Shown: positions 44,394 through 56,730, numbered from the stretch's first letter. The stretch: 64,000 nucleotides of DNA from Tsukamurella paurometabola (GCA_040391845.1 JBEBXD010000005.1:8159-72158); one strand, 5' to 3'. The notes: generated from the sequence alone by a model not told the origin. Numbers and translations: made by a program.

Positions 44394-45278
44394 CTACCGG
44401 CCGTTTCCCGGGCGGGGAGCCTCGATGCCCCGCAGCGAGCGTCGCACGATATCGGCGAGCTCTCCGCACGAGGCGTAGCGGTCCTCGGCGCGCGGGGCGA
44501 GCGCCTTGACGAACACCGAGTTCAGAGACCGCGGCAGCCAGCGCTGGAAGCGGTCGAGCGGAGGCACCGGGGACCGCGACTGCTCGTATCGGATCGCCGC
44601 AGGGGTCGAGCGCCGGTACGGGGTCCGGCCGGTCAGGAATTCGTAGGCGGTGACGGCGAAGGCGTACTCGTCGGTCTGCGGCGACAGATCCAGCGCCTGA
44701 AGGAGTTCCGGTGCCGCATACGGCAGCGAGAAGTCGAGCTGCCCGCCCCACAGCTCGGCCTTCGGCGGGATGAGGGGCTGCGCGGTGCCGAAATCGGTGA
44801 GGAATCCGATGGTGCCCGGACCGGTACCGGATACCAGGATGTTCGCGGGCTTGACGTCACGGTGGAGGATTCCGGCACGGTGGCAGTGGTCCAGGGCCGC
44901 CGCCACGTCCACCAGGACGCGCACGACGTCGGTGACCGCCGGAGGATGCCGCCGCGGGACGAGGTCCGTGGCCGGACGACCGTCGATGTACTCCATCGCC
45001 AGCCACGGCCGTGGCCCTCCGATCGGTTCGCCGGACCGGAACACCCGCGAGAGCCCGCGGTCGAGGGGGACGACGACGTGGGGGCCGGCGATCGAGGCGG
45101 AGATCGTGAACTCCCTCTCGAATCGCTGCTGCACCGCCGCATCGGCGTCCGAGCGGGACAGCTTGAGTGCCACGTCGGGACGGCCGGCCCGCTCGGCGAG
45201 GAAGACCTCGCCGTTGCCGCCGCCGCCGAGCCGCCGGGCGAGGCGGTAGCCGGCGATGGTGTCTCCGACGATCGGCAT
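44394..45278 (-). CDS. Soluble Ser/Thr protein kinase consisting of the catalytic domain only
   Basis: 294 aa with LGGGGNGEVF, VALKL, HRDVKPANIL, TDFG and AAPE. It has no TM helix or extra domain. The ATG lies 4 nt after the thiD stop. Confidence 0.85.
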   Translation of the reverse strand: MPIVGDTIAGYRLARRLGGGGNGEVFLAERAGRPDVALKLSRSDADAAVQQRFEREFTISASIAGPHVVVPLDRGLSRVFRSGEPIGGPRPWLAMEYIDGRPATDLVPRRHPPAVTDVVRVLVDVAAALDHCHRAGILHRDVKPANILVSGTGPGTIGFLTDFGTAQPLIPPKAELWGGQLDFSLPYAAPELLQALDLSPQTDEYAFAVTAYEFLTGRTPYRRSTPAAIRYEQSRSPVPPLDRFQRWLPRSLNSVFVKALAPRAEDRYASCGELADIVRRSLRGIEAPRPGNGR

Positions 45279-45282
45279 GGGG

Positions 45283-47950
<2,668 letters not shown>

Positions 47951-47981
47951 TCACCGAGCGTAACGCACCGCCGAGGAGTCT

Positions 47982-49112
47982 TCAGGCGATCCGCACCCCG
48001 CGCGGGAGCCGCGCCGCCGGCACCCGCAGCCGCCGGGCGGCGAACGCCAGCCCGATCCCGCCCAGCGCCAGGTTCGCCAGCAGCCCCCAGTACCAGGTGT
48101 GACCCACCGCGGAGATGTCGTCCCCGCCGCCGTAGTAGTCGACGTAGCGGTACCGCGAACCGGTCGGCGTATCGACGCTGCACCTCCGGTCCGTGGGACG
48201 TGGCTCGCCCGCCCGGAACGCGGCGACCGAGTCCGCGAGTTCGCCGAGGCCGGTCTCGCGGGGCCGGACGGGCGCGTCGGGGTCGTACTCGCTCCATCCG
48301 CTGCGCCGGTCCGCGCGGCCGGGGTCGGAGGCGCTTGCGGCGTCCGCGAACACGATCGCGGGGTTCGGAGTCATGATCCACCAGATTCTGTTGGTGTGCG
48401 CGATCTTCCGGGTGGTCATGATCTCGCGGCAGGTGGATCGGCCGGTGTCGCGCTCGTAGTTCCAGTCCGTCGTCGTGTACGCGACGCGCTCGGTCGTGGT
48501 GGGGACGAGGGCCACGGCGATGATGGGCAGGCCGATGAGGAGGAAGAGCATGACGAGCTGGGTGACGGCGGCGGAGCCGATGGGCCGGGAGAACAACGCG
48601 GACAGCCCGAGTCCGATGCCGCAGTACGTCAGGAAGATCAGAGCGATGACCGCGATGCCCAGCAGTGATCTCCAGACCGGGTACGGAGCTGCGATGATCG
48701 CCCAGATCAGGTAGGGCCCCGAGACCAGGAGCAGCGCGCATGAGGCGGCCCACGCGCCCAGCAGCTTGCCGGCGGCCAGCTGCAGGCCGCTGGCGGGTGT
48801 GGCCTGTACGACGGCCAGCGTCGCGTCCTTGCGGTCGCCGTTGATGGACGTGGCCGTCATCGTCGGCGCGATCACCAGCCCGAGGAACCCCACGACCCCG
48901 AGGACGAAGAAGTAGAGGTTCGTGCTCCACTCGTCACCCGGGGTGCCGTTGTTGCCCTGCGCGCTGAACCACAGCGATCCGAACACCACGAGGCTGACGA
49001 AGGCGAAGAACACGCCCAGCAGGACGCGCCAGCGGGTGGCGCGGGTGCGCTGCCGCAGTTCCAGGCCGACGAGCACGCCGACGGTGCGCCACCATGCGGT
49101 GAAACCGTTCAT
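47982..49112 (-). CDS. ABC-2-type transporter permease with a large non-membrane insert before the last TM helix
   Basis: ATG 49112 overlaps the ATPase stop as ATGA. MNGFTAWWRTVGVLVGLELRQ... has multiple TM helices, then a ~150-aa hydrophilic region, then the final helix WGLLANLALGGIGLAFAA. Confidence 0.75.
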   Translation of the reverse strand: MNGFTAWWRTVGVLVGLELRQRTRATRWRVLLGVFFAFVSLVVFGSLWFSAQGNNGTPGDEWSTNLYFFVLGVVGFLGLVIAPTMTATSINGDRKDATLAVVQATPASGLQLAAGKLLGAWAASCALLLVSGPYLIWAIIAAPYPVWRSLLGIAVIALIFLTYCGIGLGLSALFSRPIGSAAVTQLVMLFLLIGLPIIAVALVPTTTERVAYTTTDWNYERDTGRSTCREIMTTRKIAHTNRIWWIMTPNPAIVFADAASASDPGRADRRSGWSEYDPDAPVRPRETGLGELADSVAAFRAGEPRPTDRRCSVDTPTGSRYRYVDYYGGGDDISAVGHTWYWGLLANLALGGIGLAFAARRLRVPAARLPRGVRIA

Positions 49113-49948
49113 GTGCGATCGGCCTCCAATGCGAAGTACGAGTCCTCGAGGGCGTTGGTGGCGCGGGCGAACTCGACGACCGCGGCACCGTCGGCGATCC
49201 GCTGCGCGAGGTGCGCGGCGGCGTCCGCCTCGGAGTCGAAGGTGAGATACGTTCCGCCGCTGGGTGGCTCGCCGAGGAGCCGCAGGCGCCACCTGCTGAC
49301 GGTGGATTCGGGCGGGGGCTCGGTGCGCCCGCGGGACATCATCACCACGTCGTCCACCATCTCGCCGAGCTCGGAGAGGATGTGCGAGGAGACGAGCACC
49401 GCGACCCCGTTGTCGGCCAGGGCGCGCAGCGAGTCCCGCAGCTCGAACCGCGAGCGCGGGTCCATGCCCGAGGCCGGTTCGTCGAGCAGCAGGATCGGCG
49501 GGTGGTGCACCATCGCGCGGGCGAACCCGAGGCGCTGCTTCTGCCCGCGGGAGAGGACCTGCGCCGGCCGGTCCGCGAACTCCGCGAGATGCACCCGGGC
49601 CAGGAGGTCCCGCGCCCGGGCGCGGGCCTCGCCCGACGGGACGCCGTAGAGGCGGGCGAAGGTGGTCAGGACCTCGGTGGGGGTCAGCGAGTCCCACGTG
49701 CCGAAGACGTCGGGCATCCAGCCGACGCGGGCGCGCAACGATTCGGGGGCGATGGGCGCACCGTCGAGCTCGATGCTCCCGCCGGACGGGCGGAGCAGCC
49801 CCGCGAGCATGAGCAGCACCGTCGTCTTGCCCGCCCCGTTGGGCCCGACCAGCCCGGTGATCCGCCCGGGCGTGAGCGCGAGCGTGGCATCGGCGACGGC
49901 GACGTGCTGCGCGAAGGTCCGCGTGAGCCCGCGGGCGACCAGGGTCAT
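49109..49948 (-). CDS. ABC transporter ATP-binding protein
   Basis: GPNGAGKTT, LSRGQKQRLG and LLLDEPASGMD. Confidence 0.9.
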   Translation of the reverse strand: MTLVARGLTRTFAQHVAVADATLALTPGRITGLVGPNGAGKTTVLLMLAGLLRPSGGSIELDGAPIAPESLRARVGWMPDVFGTWDSLTPTEVLTTFARLYGVPSGEARARARDLLARVHLAEFADRPAQVLSRGQKQRLGFARAMVHHPPILLLDEPASGMDPRSRFELRDSLRALADNGVAVLVSSHILSELGEMVDDVVMMSRGRTEPPPESTVSRWRLRLLGEPPSGGTYLTFDSEADAAAHLAQRIADGAAVVEFARATNALEDSYFALEADRT

Positions 49949-50083
49949 GCGCCCACAGTAGCGGCGTTATCGGATTCTGAATAGTGAAACATGTGTGGAT
50001 CGAGACACGGCCGTGTCGAGAAGGGCGAGCGGGTGCCGACGCGGCGTACGGTGAGGTGACGGAAATCACAGACGGAGGTGTTC

Positions 50084-50425
50084 ATGGCTGAGAATGCTCA
50101 GGTTCCACCGCCCACGCTCGAACTGACGGAGCCCCTGCGGCTCTTCGACAACCCCGTTCGCGACCGGTACGAGCTGTGGTCGGGGGACGAGTTGATCGGC
50201 GTCGAGGGGTACGAGTTCACCGACCACGGCGACATGATCCTGCTGCACACCGTGGTGATGGAGAAGTTCGGCCGCCAGGGATTCGCCCGGGCCCTCGTCT
50301 CCGGCGTGTTCGAGGACGCCCGCGCTCGCAACCGGGGCGTCATCCCCGTGTGCACGTACGTCCGCTCGTTCCTGACCCGGTTCCCGCAGTACCAGGACGT
50401 CGTCGCCTCGGCCGCGCACACCTGA
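50084..50425 (+). CDS. Small GNAT-like N-acetyltransferase (YjdJ-type)
   Basis: ATG 50084 with GGAGG 5 nt upstream. LLHTVVMEKFGRQGFARALVSGVFEDARARNRGVIPVCTYVRSFL resembles the compact GNAT family. Confidence 0.7.
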   Translation: MAENAQVPPPTLELTEPLRLFDNPVRDRYELWSGDELIGVEGYEFTDHGDMILLHTVVMEKFGRQGFARALVSGVFEDARARNRGVIPVCTYVRSFLTRFPQYQDVVASAAHT

Positions 50426-50443
50426 CCCGCCGGCCCCGCCCCC

Positions 50444-50917
50444 TCAGCGCAGCGCGCGGAGGTAGCGGGCGCGCGCGACGCGCTGGGCGAGGAGCAGCAC
50501 CGGGAACAGGGCGCGCCAGGGGCCCGACGGTGCCGCCCGCGTCAGCGAGCGGATCGTGAGGAGCACGGCGTCGCCGTCGCGGTGCACGACGAACGCCTCC
50601 TCCCCGCGCACCGGGTGCCCGGGCAGGGGGCGGTAGGAGAAGCCGACGCGCTCGGCAGTGCGCACCACGTCGACCACTTCCACCGGTTCGCGCACGGTGA
50701 CGCCCGCGACCCGCGCCGTGACGGTGAGCCGCTGCCCGGGCTCGACGGGCCCGTCGGCCGGCACCGCGAAACCGCTGCGCGTCTTCACCTTCCACCGGAG
50801 CACGTCGTGCGCGGCGCGGGCGAAGGCCGCGTCGCCGCGGCCGATCGTCGTGGTGATCTCCGCCCGGCGGTGATCGGCCGGGCCGGCGCCCCAGGACGGT
50901 TCCGCGGGCGTGGTCAC
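50444..50917 (-). CDS. DUF1990-family protein
   Basis: GTG 50917 overlaps the upstream stop as GTGA. ...VLRWKVKTRSGF...VGFSYRPLPGHPVRGEEAFVV... is a typical DUF1990 core. Confidence 0.7.
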   Translation of the reverse strand: MTTPAEPSWGAGPADHRRAEITTTIGRGDAAFARAAHDVLRWKVKTRSGFAVPADGPVEPGQRLTVTARVAGVTVREPVEVVDVVRTAERVGFSYRPLPGHPVRGEEAFVVHRDGDAVLLTIRSLTRAAPSGPWRALFPVLLLAQRVARARYLRALR

Positions 50918-51804
50918 CGCGGCTCCGTCCAGTAGTGGTAGCCGTGATGGGCGGTGAACCCCAGGCCGCGGTACAGGCTCTGCGCCCCCGCGTTCTCCCG
51001 GGTGACCTCGAGGAACACGCGCCGCGCACCCTCGGCGCCCGCCCGCGCCAGGAGCGACCGCACCACGCGCGACGCCAGGCCCCGCCGGCGGTGATCCGGC
51101 GCGACGGCCATCGACCCGAGCCCGCCCCACAGCGCTCCCGCGGCGTCGGTGGTGAGGGTCAGGCGCGCCGCCGCGGCGGGCGCGCCGTCCGGCCCGTCGA
51201 GCGTCGCGAACAGGACGGCACCGTCGACGGCGGTCGCGAGCGGGCCCGCCACCCCGGTGAGGGCGAGCCACGCCGGTCCCGCAGTCCCGGAGATCCGGAC
51301 GGCGGGGTCCGGCTCCTCGCCGGAGGCCGGCGCGGTCAGCACCTCCGACGGCAACAGCGCCGGCGCGAGGGACGACGCGCCGGGCAGGACGCGGTCCGAG
51401 AGCGACAACAGCAGCGGCAGATCCCGCGCGGCGTACCAGGCGCGCACCCCGTCGAGGCGCTGCAGCGACGCGTCCGGGTGCAGCGGGGCCGCCGAGTTGG
51501 CGCGATTCCCGGGCAGCCCCGGGGCGGCGCGGCACAGCCAGCCGTCGATCCCCTCCCGCTCCACCGACCACCAGGACCGTGCGCGGGCCAGGTCCAGCGA
51601 GCGGATCTCGCTCGCGCGTACCGGCCGCGGCGGCACCGTCTTGCACCGGACGACGGTCTCCCGCGCGATCACGTGCTCCGTGCCGTCGCGATCGGCGCGC
51701 ACCCGCAGCGGGTCGCCGCCGGAGAGCAGGGTGCCGATCACGTCGGAGGCGTGCCCGGACGGCAGCAGCCGCCGGACCACCACGCGGTCGCCCGGGGCCG
51801 GCAC
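50914..51804 (-). CDS. GNAT-family acetyltransferase (Rv0428c-like position next to def)
   Basis: The C-terminal GNAT core is MAVAPDHRRRGLASRVVRSLLARAGAEGARRVFLEVTRENAGAQSLYRGLGF. The GTG start lies 1 nt after the def stop. Confidence 0.8.
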   Translation of the reverse strand: MPAPGDRVVVRRLLPSGHASDVIGTLLSGGDPLRVRADRDGTEHVIARETVVRCKTVPPRPVRASEIRSLDLARARSWWSVEREGIDGWLCRAAPGLPGNRANSAAPLHPDASLQRLDGVRAWYAARDLPLLLSLSDRVLPGASSLAPALLPSEVLTAPASGEEPDPAVRISGTAGPAWLALTGVAGPLATAVDGAVLFATLDGPDGAPAAAARLTLTTDAAGALWGGLGSMAVAPDHRRRGLASRVVRSLLARAGAEGARRVFLEVTRENAGAQSLYRGLGFTAHHGYHYWTEPR

Positions 51805-51805
51805 G

Positions 51806-52396
51806 TCAGTGACCGAAGGGATCGTCGACGGTGCCCGGCACCCACGTCAGGCCGGGAACGGTCCACCCGTTCTTCTTGATGACCTTCTTCGCCTGCCGCG
51901 CGTACCGCCCCATGAGGACGTCGGTGTAGAGGAATCCGTCGAGGTGGCCGGTCTCGTGCTGCAGCATCCGCGCGAAGAAGCCGGTGCCCTCGATCTCCAC
52001 CGCGGCGCCGTCGCGATCGGTGCCGGTGACCTTCGCCCAGTCGGCGCGGCCGGTGGGGAACGATTCGCCGGGGACGGAGAGGCAGCCCTCCCAGTCGTCG
52101 TCCGGATCGGGCATGGTCTCGGGGATCTCGGAGGTGGTGAGGGCGGGGTTGATCACCTCGCCGCGGCGGCGCTCGCCGGTCTCCTCGTCCGGGCAGTCGT
52201 AGACGAACAGCCGCAGGTCCCGGCCCACCTGGTTGCCGGCGAGCCCCACGCCGTTCGCGACGTCCATGGTCTCGAACATGTCGTCCAGCAGGGTCACGAT
52301 CTCGGCCGTGGGCCTGCCGTCGGCGTCCAGGTCGACGGGCTTCGTGGGGGTGTGCAGCACGGGGTCGCCGACGATGACGATGGGAAGAACGGCCAT
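51806..52396 (-). CDS. def: Peptide deformylase
   Basis: ATG 52396 gives [15 protein letters not shown]...[10 protein letters not shown]...EGCLSVPG...QHETGHLDG, the three canonical Def motifs. Confidence 0.95.
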   Translation of the reverse strand: MAVLPIVIVGDPVLHTPTKPVDLDADGRPTAEIVTLLDDMFETMDVANGVGLAGNQVGRDLRLFVYDCPDEETGERRRGEVINPALTTSEIPETMPDPDDDWEGCLSVPGESFPTGRADWAKVTGTDRDGAAVEIEGTGFFARMLQHETGHLDGFLYTDVLMGRYARQAKKVIKKNGWTVPGLTWVPGTVDDPFGH

Positions 52397-52569
52397 GGGG
52401 ATACACGGTAGTCGGGGCCGCGGCGGGCCGCACCGGTGCACCGGGTGCGCCCCCGGGACCGTCGGCGGCGGGTCCGCGACACGCCCCCGCAGCCCCGCGG
52501 CCGCGCCGCCGCACGTGGTTAGATTGACGGAACTACAGAAGTGTTATTCACCAATGCGGAGGGGAACGC

Positions 52570-52896
52570 ATGGAAGGCGCCGGTGCGGCCGCGCAGAAGA
52601 CGGACCGAACTGACGCGCAGCCCGTCGACGAACGCGGGCACGACGGTCTGACCAGGCGCGAGCACGACATCCTGGCGTTCGAGCGCCAGTGGTGGAAGTA
52701 CGCGGGCGCCAAGGAGGACGCGATCAAGGAGCTGTTCGGGCTCTCCGCGACCCGCTACTACCAGGTGCTGAACACCCTGGTCGATACGCCCGAGGCCCTC
52801 GCGGCCGACCCCATGCTCGTCAAGCGCCTGCGCCGCGTGCGCGCCAGCCGGCAGAAGGCCCGCGCGGCCCGCAAGCTCGGCTTCGAGATCACGTGA
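52570..52896 (+). CDS. DUF3263-family protein (Rv0430-like)
   Basis: LTRREHDILAFERQWWKYAGAKEDAIKELFGLSATRYYQVLNTLVD. SD GGAGGGG lies upstream. Confidence 0.75.
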   Translation: MEGAGAAAQKTDRTDAQPVDERGHDGLTRREHDILAFERQWWKYAGAKEDAIKELFGLSATRYYQVLNTLVDTPEALAADPMLVKRLRRVRASRQKARAARKLGFEIT

Positions 52897-52915
52897 TCCG
52901 ATACAGTCGGGTGTC

Positions 52916-53383
52916 GTGAGCACTCAGAACACCCGCGCCGTCCCGATCCGGACGATCATCATGATCCTGATCTCGGCCGCGATCATTCTCGCGGCCATCG
53001 GGATCCACGGGATCGTGACCCGGGACGACGACCCGCAGGCGGCGTTGAACGCCCAGGAGGCCAAACTCAAGGCCGCCTCCTCGCAGACCGCGCAGCCCGC
53101 CGCGGACGCCCCCACGGTGTGCCTGCTCTCCGTCGCGCGCGCCCCCGTCGCCGAGACCCGCGAGCGTCTCTCCAAGGCCGGCTTCACGGTGCGAGGCGAG
53201 GCCGCGACGGCCTGGCCCAAGGGCACCGCGGCGCCGCACGCCACCACCGTCTACTACGACGACGACGGCAAGGCGGCGGCCGAGACGGTCTCCTCCGCGC
53301 TCGAGGACGCCGCGACCGCCGCCCGGCCCGACGGCCTCCAGGCGTGCGCGGGGGCCGTCGCCGTCGCGGTCGTGAAGAAGTAG
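52916..53383 (+). CDS. Membrane-anchored LytR_C-domain protein (Rv0431-like)
   Basis: GTG start, an N-terminal TM helix (IIMILISAAIILAAIGIHGIV), then a C-terminal segment resembling LytR C-terminal domains. Its position matches Rv0431. Confidence 0.6.
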   Translation: MSTQNTRAVPIRTIIMILISAAIILAAIGIHGIVTRDDDPQAALNAQEAKLKAASSQTAQPAADAPTVCLLSVARAPVAETRERLSKAGFTVRGEAATAWPKGTAAPHATTVYYDDDGKAAAETVSSALEDAATAARPDGLQACAGAVAVAVVKK

Positions 53384-53500
53384 GCCGCGACGGCCGCAGC
53401 GGGGTCCTCTCCCTCGTCGCGGCGGAGGCCCCGATATGATTTCGGGCAACACCAGCCCCAGGGCGGCCCAGCCCCGGTAGCCGTTCATAAGGAGTCATCG

Positions 53501-54232
53501 ATGACGAAGCGTCAGTTCCTCGCCCCGATCGCGATCCTTCCGGTGGCGGCCATCGCCCTGTCGGGCTGCACCACCAACGAGAAGCCCTCGGACTCGCCCG
53601 GAACGAACCCCGCGGTCGTCACGGGGGCGACGGTGCCCGCGCAGGGCCCGGTGCGCAGCCTCGCGCCGGACGCGCACGGCTCGGAGGAGACCGGTTCGAG
53701 CGCACCGTCGTCCGGCACGGCGGAGGTGAGCCTCGTCAAGCCCGACGGCAGCAGCGCCGGCAAGGCCACCTTCTCCGAGAAGGACGGTGTCGTGGTGATC
53801 GACGTGCGGGTCACGGGCCTGCCCGCCGGCTTCCACGGCATGCACATCCACGAGGTGGGCAAGTGCGAACCGAACTCCGTCGCCAAGGACGGCGCCCCGG
53901 GCTCGGCCACCAACTTCGGCTCCGCGGGCGGGCACTGGCAGAAGCCCGGCGCCAGCGGGCATCCGATGACCGGCGACCTGGTCTCGATCTACGTCAACTC
54001 CAACGGCACCGGCCAGACCGTCACCAGCACCGGTGCGTTCACGCTGAGCGACATCAAGAAGAACGCCGACGGCAACGCCCTGGTGATCCATGCCGGGCCG
54101 GACAACTTCGGCAACATCCCCTCGGCGCGCTACACCAACATCGTTCCGGGCCAGCCCGTGCCGGACGAGACCACCCTCAACACCGGCGACGCCGGCGGGC
54201 GGATCGCCTGCGGCGTGATCAAGGTCGGTTAG
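53501..54232 (+). CDS. sodC: Cu,Zn superoxide dismutase lipoprotein
   Basis: SD AAGGAG. Lipobox ALSGC. GFHGMHIHEVGKC...GHPMTGDL...NALVIHAGPDN are SodC metal-ligand motifs. Confidence 0.92.
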   Translation: MTKRQFLAPIAILPVAAIALSGCTTNEKPSDSPGTNPAVVTGATVPAQGPVRSLAPDAHGSEETGSSAPSSGTAEVSLVKPDGSSAGKATFSEKDGVVVIDVRVTGLPAGFHGMHIHEVGKCEPNSVAKDGAPGSATNFGSAGGHWQKPGASGHPMTGDLVSIYVNSNGTGQTVTSTGAFTLSDIKKNADGNALVIHAGPDNFGNIPSARYTNIVPGQPVPDETTLNTGDAGGRIACGVIKVG

Positions 54233-55371
54233 CCATCGAACCGGTCGCCTTCGCGGCGTCGCCGCGGCCGACCATCGGCGTCGAGTGGGAGTTCGCCCTC
54301 GTCGACCGGGAGACGGCGGACCTGGCCAGCAGGGCAGGGGAGTTGTTCGACCGTGTCCGCGCGGCCGATCCCGGGATCGCACCGCAGGTGCACTCGGAGA
54401 TGCTGCGCAACACCGTCGAGGTGGTGACCGGGGTCTGTGAGAACACCGCGGAGGCGATGGCGGATCTGGAGACCGTGATCCGTGCCGTGCGGCGCACGTC
54501 CGACCCGATGGGCCTGGACCTGTTCGGGGCGGGCACGCATCCGTTCGCGCAGTGGAACGCCCAGCAGCTCACCGACAATCCGCGGTACGACGAGCTGATC
54601 GCCCGCACCCAGTGGTGGGGCCGCCAGATGCTGATCTGGGGTGTGCACGTGCACGTCGGCGTGAACCACCGCGACAAGGTGCTGCCGATCATCTCCGCGC
54701 TGCTCAACCATTACCCGCACCTGCTCGCCCTCTCGGCCAGCTCCCCGATGTGGGGTGGCCACGACACCGGTTACGCCAGCACCCGCGCCATGATGTTCCA
54801 GCAGCTGCCCACCGCGGGCCTGCCCTTCCAGTTCGAGCGGTGGAGCGAGTTCGAGCGGTTCGTGCACGACCAGAAGACCACCGGGATCATCGATCACCTC
54901 AACGAGATCCGTTGGGACATCAGGCCGGCCGTGCACCTGGGCACCATCGAGGTGCGGATCTGCGACGGCATGTCCACCTTCGCGGAGCTCGAGGCGGTGG
55001 TCGCGCTCATCCACTGCCTGGTGGTGTGGCTGGATGCGCGGCTCGACGCGGGGGAGACCCTGCCGACGCTGCCGCCGTGGCACGTGCAGGAGAACAAGTG
55101 GCGGGCAGCGCGGTACGGCCTGGACGCCATCATCATCCAGGACTCCGACAACAACGAGCGCCTGGTCACCGACGACCTCGACGAGCTCCTCGAACGCCTC
55201 ACCCCGATCGCCCGGCGGCTCGGGTGCGAACGGGAACTGGCTGCGGTGCAGGAGATCCCCCGGCGCGGCGGGTCGTACCAGCGTCAGCGCGCCGTCGCCG
55301 CCGGCGTGTGCAGCACCGACGCCTACCGCGACGTCGTGCGATCGGTGACGGGCGAGCTGATCCTTCCGTAG
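54208..55371 (+). CDS. Carboxylate-amine ligase (glutamate-cysteine ligase family 2, YbdK/Rv0433-like)
   Basis: SPRPTIGVEWEFALVD...WWGRQMLIWGVHVHVG...MFQQLPTAGLPF...IRWDIRP...EVRICD is near-colinear with Rv0433 as I recall it. The start codon is unresolved: no ATG/GTG/TTG is available, and the candidates are CTG 54208 or ATC 54235. Confidence 0.85.
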   Translation: MRRDQGRLAIEPVAFAASPRPTIGVEWEFALVDRETADLASRAGELFDRVRAADPGIAPQVHSEMLRNTVEVVTGVCENTAEAMADLETVIRAVRRTSDPMGLDLFGAGTHPFAQWNAQQLTDNPRYDELIARTQWWGRQMLIWGVHVHVGVNHRDKVLPIISALLNHYPHLLALSASSPMWGGHDTGYASTRAMMFQQLPTAGLPFQFERWSEFERFVHDQKTTGIIDHLNEIRWDIRPAVHLGTIEVRICDGMSTFAELEAVVALIHCLVVWLDARLDAGETLPTLPPWHVQENKWRAARYGLDAIIIQDSDNNERLVTDDLDELLERLTPIARRLGCERELAAVQEIPRRGGSYQRQRAVAAGVCSTDAYRDVVRSVTGELILP

Positions 55372-55382
55372 CGCGGGCGGGG

Positions 55383-55715
55383 TCAGTCCCGGTTCCCGGT
55401 CTCCATCTGCTCGGGGGCGATGGTGCGGTCCTGCAGCCGCTGCTCCTGGTAGGCGACGCGGCCCACCCGGTGCGCCACCGCGGGGGCGGTGATCATGGTG
55501 AACAGGCCGGCCAGCACCAGCATCCACACGTCCACCGATCCGGACATCCGCACGATCGCCCCCGCCAGCAGCAGGAGCAGTCCCAGCGTCTGCGGCTTCG
55601 TGGCCGAATGCATGCGCGTCAGCGTGTCCGGGAAGCGGATGATGCCGATCGCGGCGGTCACCGCGAACACGGCGCCGGTCAGGAACAGGACCGAGGAGAC
55701 GATGTCGACGATCAT
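55383..55715 (-). CDS. mrpG: Na+/H+ antiporter Mrp subunit G
   Basis: ATG 55715 overlaps the mrpF stop as ATGA. MIVDIVSSVLFLTGAVFAVTAAIGIIRFPDTLTRMHSATKPQTLG is the MnhG signature. Confidence 0.88.
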   Translation of the reverse strand: MIVDIVSSVLFLTGAVFAVTAAIGIIRFPDTLTRMHSATKPQTLGLLLLLAGAIVRMSGSVDVWMLVLAGLFTMITAPAVAHRVGRVAYQEQRLQDRTIAPEQMETGNRD

Positions 55716-56035
55716 CGCAGCCCTCCCGTCCCCGGAGCGACGTCCGGCTTCTCGTCGGGCGGCCGCGGGGCGGTGCCGGCGTCGTCGGGCACGCGGAACC
55801 GCACCACCGAGAGCGAGCCGACGAACCCGATCAGCGACAGCGCCACGATCGCGGGGATCACGGAGGAGTTGCGGCTGTAGGACGCCCACACCGCGAGCCC
55901 GCCGATGGCGATCGCGACCAGCGCGTCCACCGCGACCACCCGGTCGAGGGTGTTCGGGCCCCGCAGCAGGCGGTAGGAGGTGAGGAACGCGGCGACGACG
56001 AGGATCACGCCGGTGATCACGAACACGGCGGTCAT
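55712..56035 (-). CDS. mrpF: Na+/H+ antiporter Mrp subunit F
   Basis: ATG 56035 overlaps the mrpE stop as ATGA. MTAVFVITGVILVVAAFLTSYRLLRGPNTLDRVVAVDAL is the MnhF signature. Confidence 0.88.
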   Translation of the reverse strand: MTAVFVITGVILVVAAFLTSYRLLRGPNTLDRVVAVDALVAIAIGGLAVWASYSRNSSVIPAIVALSLIGFVGSLSVVRFRVPDDAGTAPRPPDEKPDVAPGTGGLR

Positions 56036-56730
56036 GGCTTCTCCTGTCCGTCTCGGTGCTGCGCCCTGCGGTGGGCGATCTCGGGGGCGGCCATCCGGCG
56101 CGCGTCGCTCGCGAGGCCACGCGACGCGGTGCTCACGTGGTGGAACTCGTCGTCGTCGATGCCGTGCATCGGGCTCGGATGCCACTCGCTGTCGCGCTCG
56201 AAGGCGCTGATGAACAGGCGTTCCAGACGCGCCGTCGTGCGGTAGAACTGGCGCACCGCCTTCTCGCTGCTCACGTCCACCACGTGCACGTACAGCAGCC
56301 GCCGCTGGGTGTCGATCTCCAGCACCATCGTGCCGGGGATCAGGTTCATCATGTCCACCAGCAGGGTGAGCACCAGGTCCGACTTGATCGACACCTTGGC
56401 CCGCAGCACGGCGCTCAGCGGCATCGCGCCGGGGCGGATCGCCAGCCACGCGACCTCGAGCGACGAGCGGAACATCTCCACCACGAACACGCCGATCAGC
56501 TTGAGCAGCGCCCCGATGTGCACGCGGCCCTCCACGGGGACCGGCGGCAGGGGGAGCAGCAGCAGGATCGCCAGGCCCACGAGCAGCCCGGCCGCGATGT
56601 TGCCCCAGGACACGGTGCCCCACAACATGACCCACACCGCGTCGAGCCACACCAGGTGCCCCAGCTTCACCAGGACGGCGCGGCCGTCGCGCAGGTCGGG
56701 CAGGATCCGGGTCACCAGTCGCCTAGCCAT
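56032..56730 (-). CDS. mrpE: Na+/H+ antiporter Mrp subunit E
   Basis: ATG 56730 overlaps the mrpD end by 8 nt. Two N-terminal TM helices are followed by an MnhE-like core (SSLEVAWLAIRPG...). Confidence 0.8.
   Translation of the reverse strand: MARRLVTRILPDLRDGRAVLVKLGHLVWLDAVWVMLWGTVSWGNIAAGLLVGLAILLLLPLPPVPVEGRVHIGALLKLIGVFVVEMFRSSLEVAWLAIRPGAMPLSAVLRAKVSIKSDLVLTLLVDMMNLIPGTMVLEIDTQRRLLYVHVVDVSSEKAVRQFYRTTARLERLFISAFERDSEWHPSPMHGIDDDEFHHVSTASRGLASDARRMAAPEIAHRRAQHRDGQEKP

Noticed and set aside
53863-54207. ATG 53863 as the start of the carboxylate-amine ligase
   Set aside because: It would overlap sodC by 370 nt, and the translation is an Arg/His-rich sequence unrelated to the family. A non-canonical start near 54208-54235 is more plausible.
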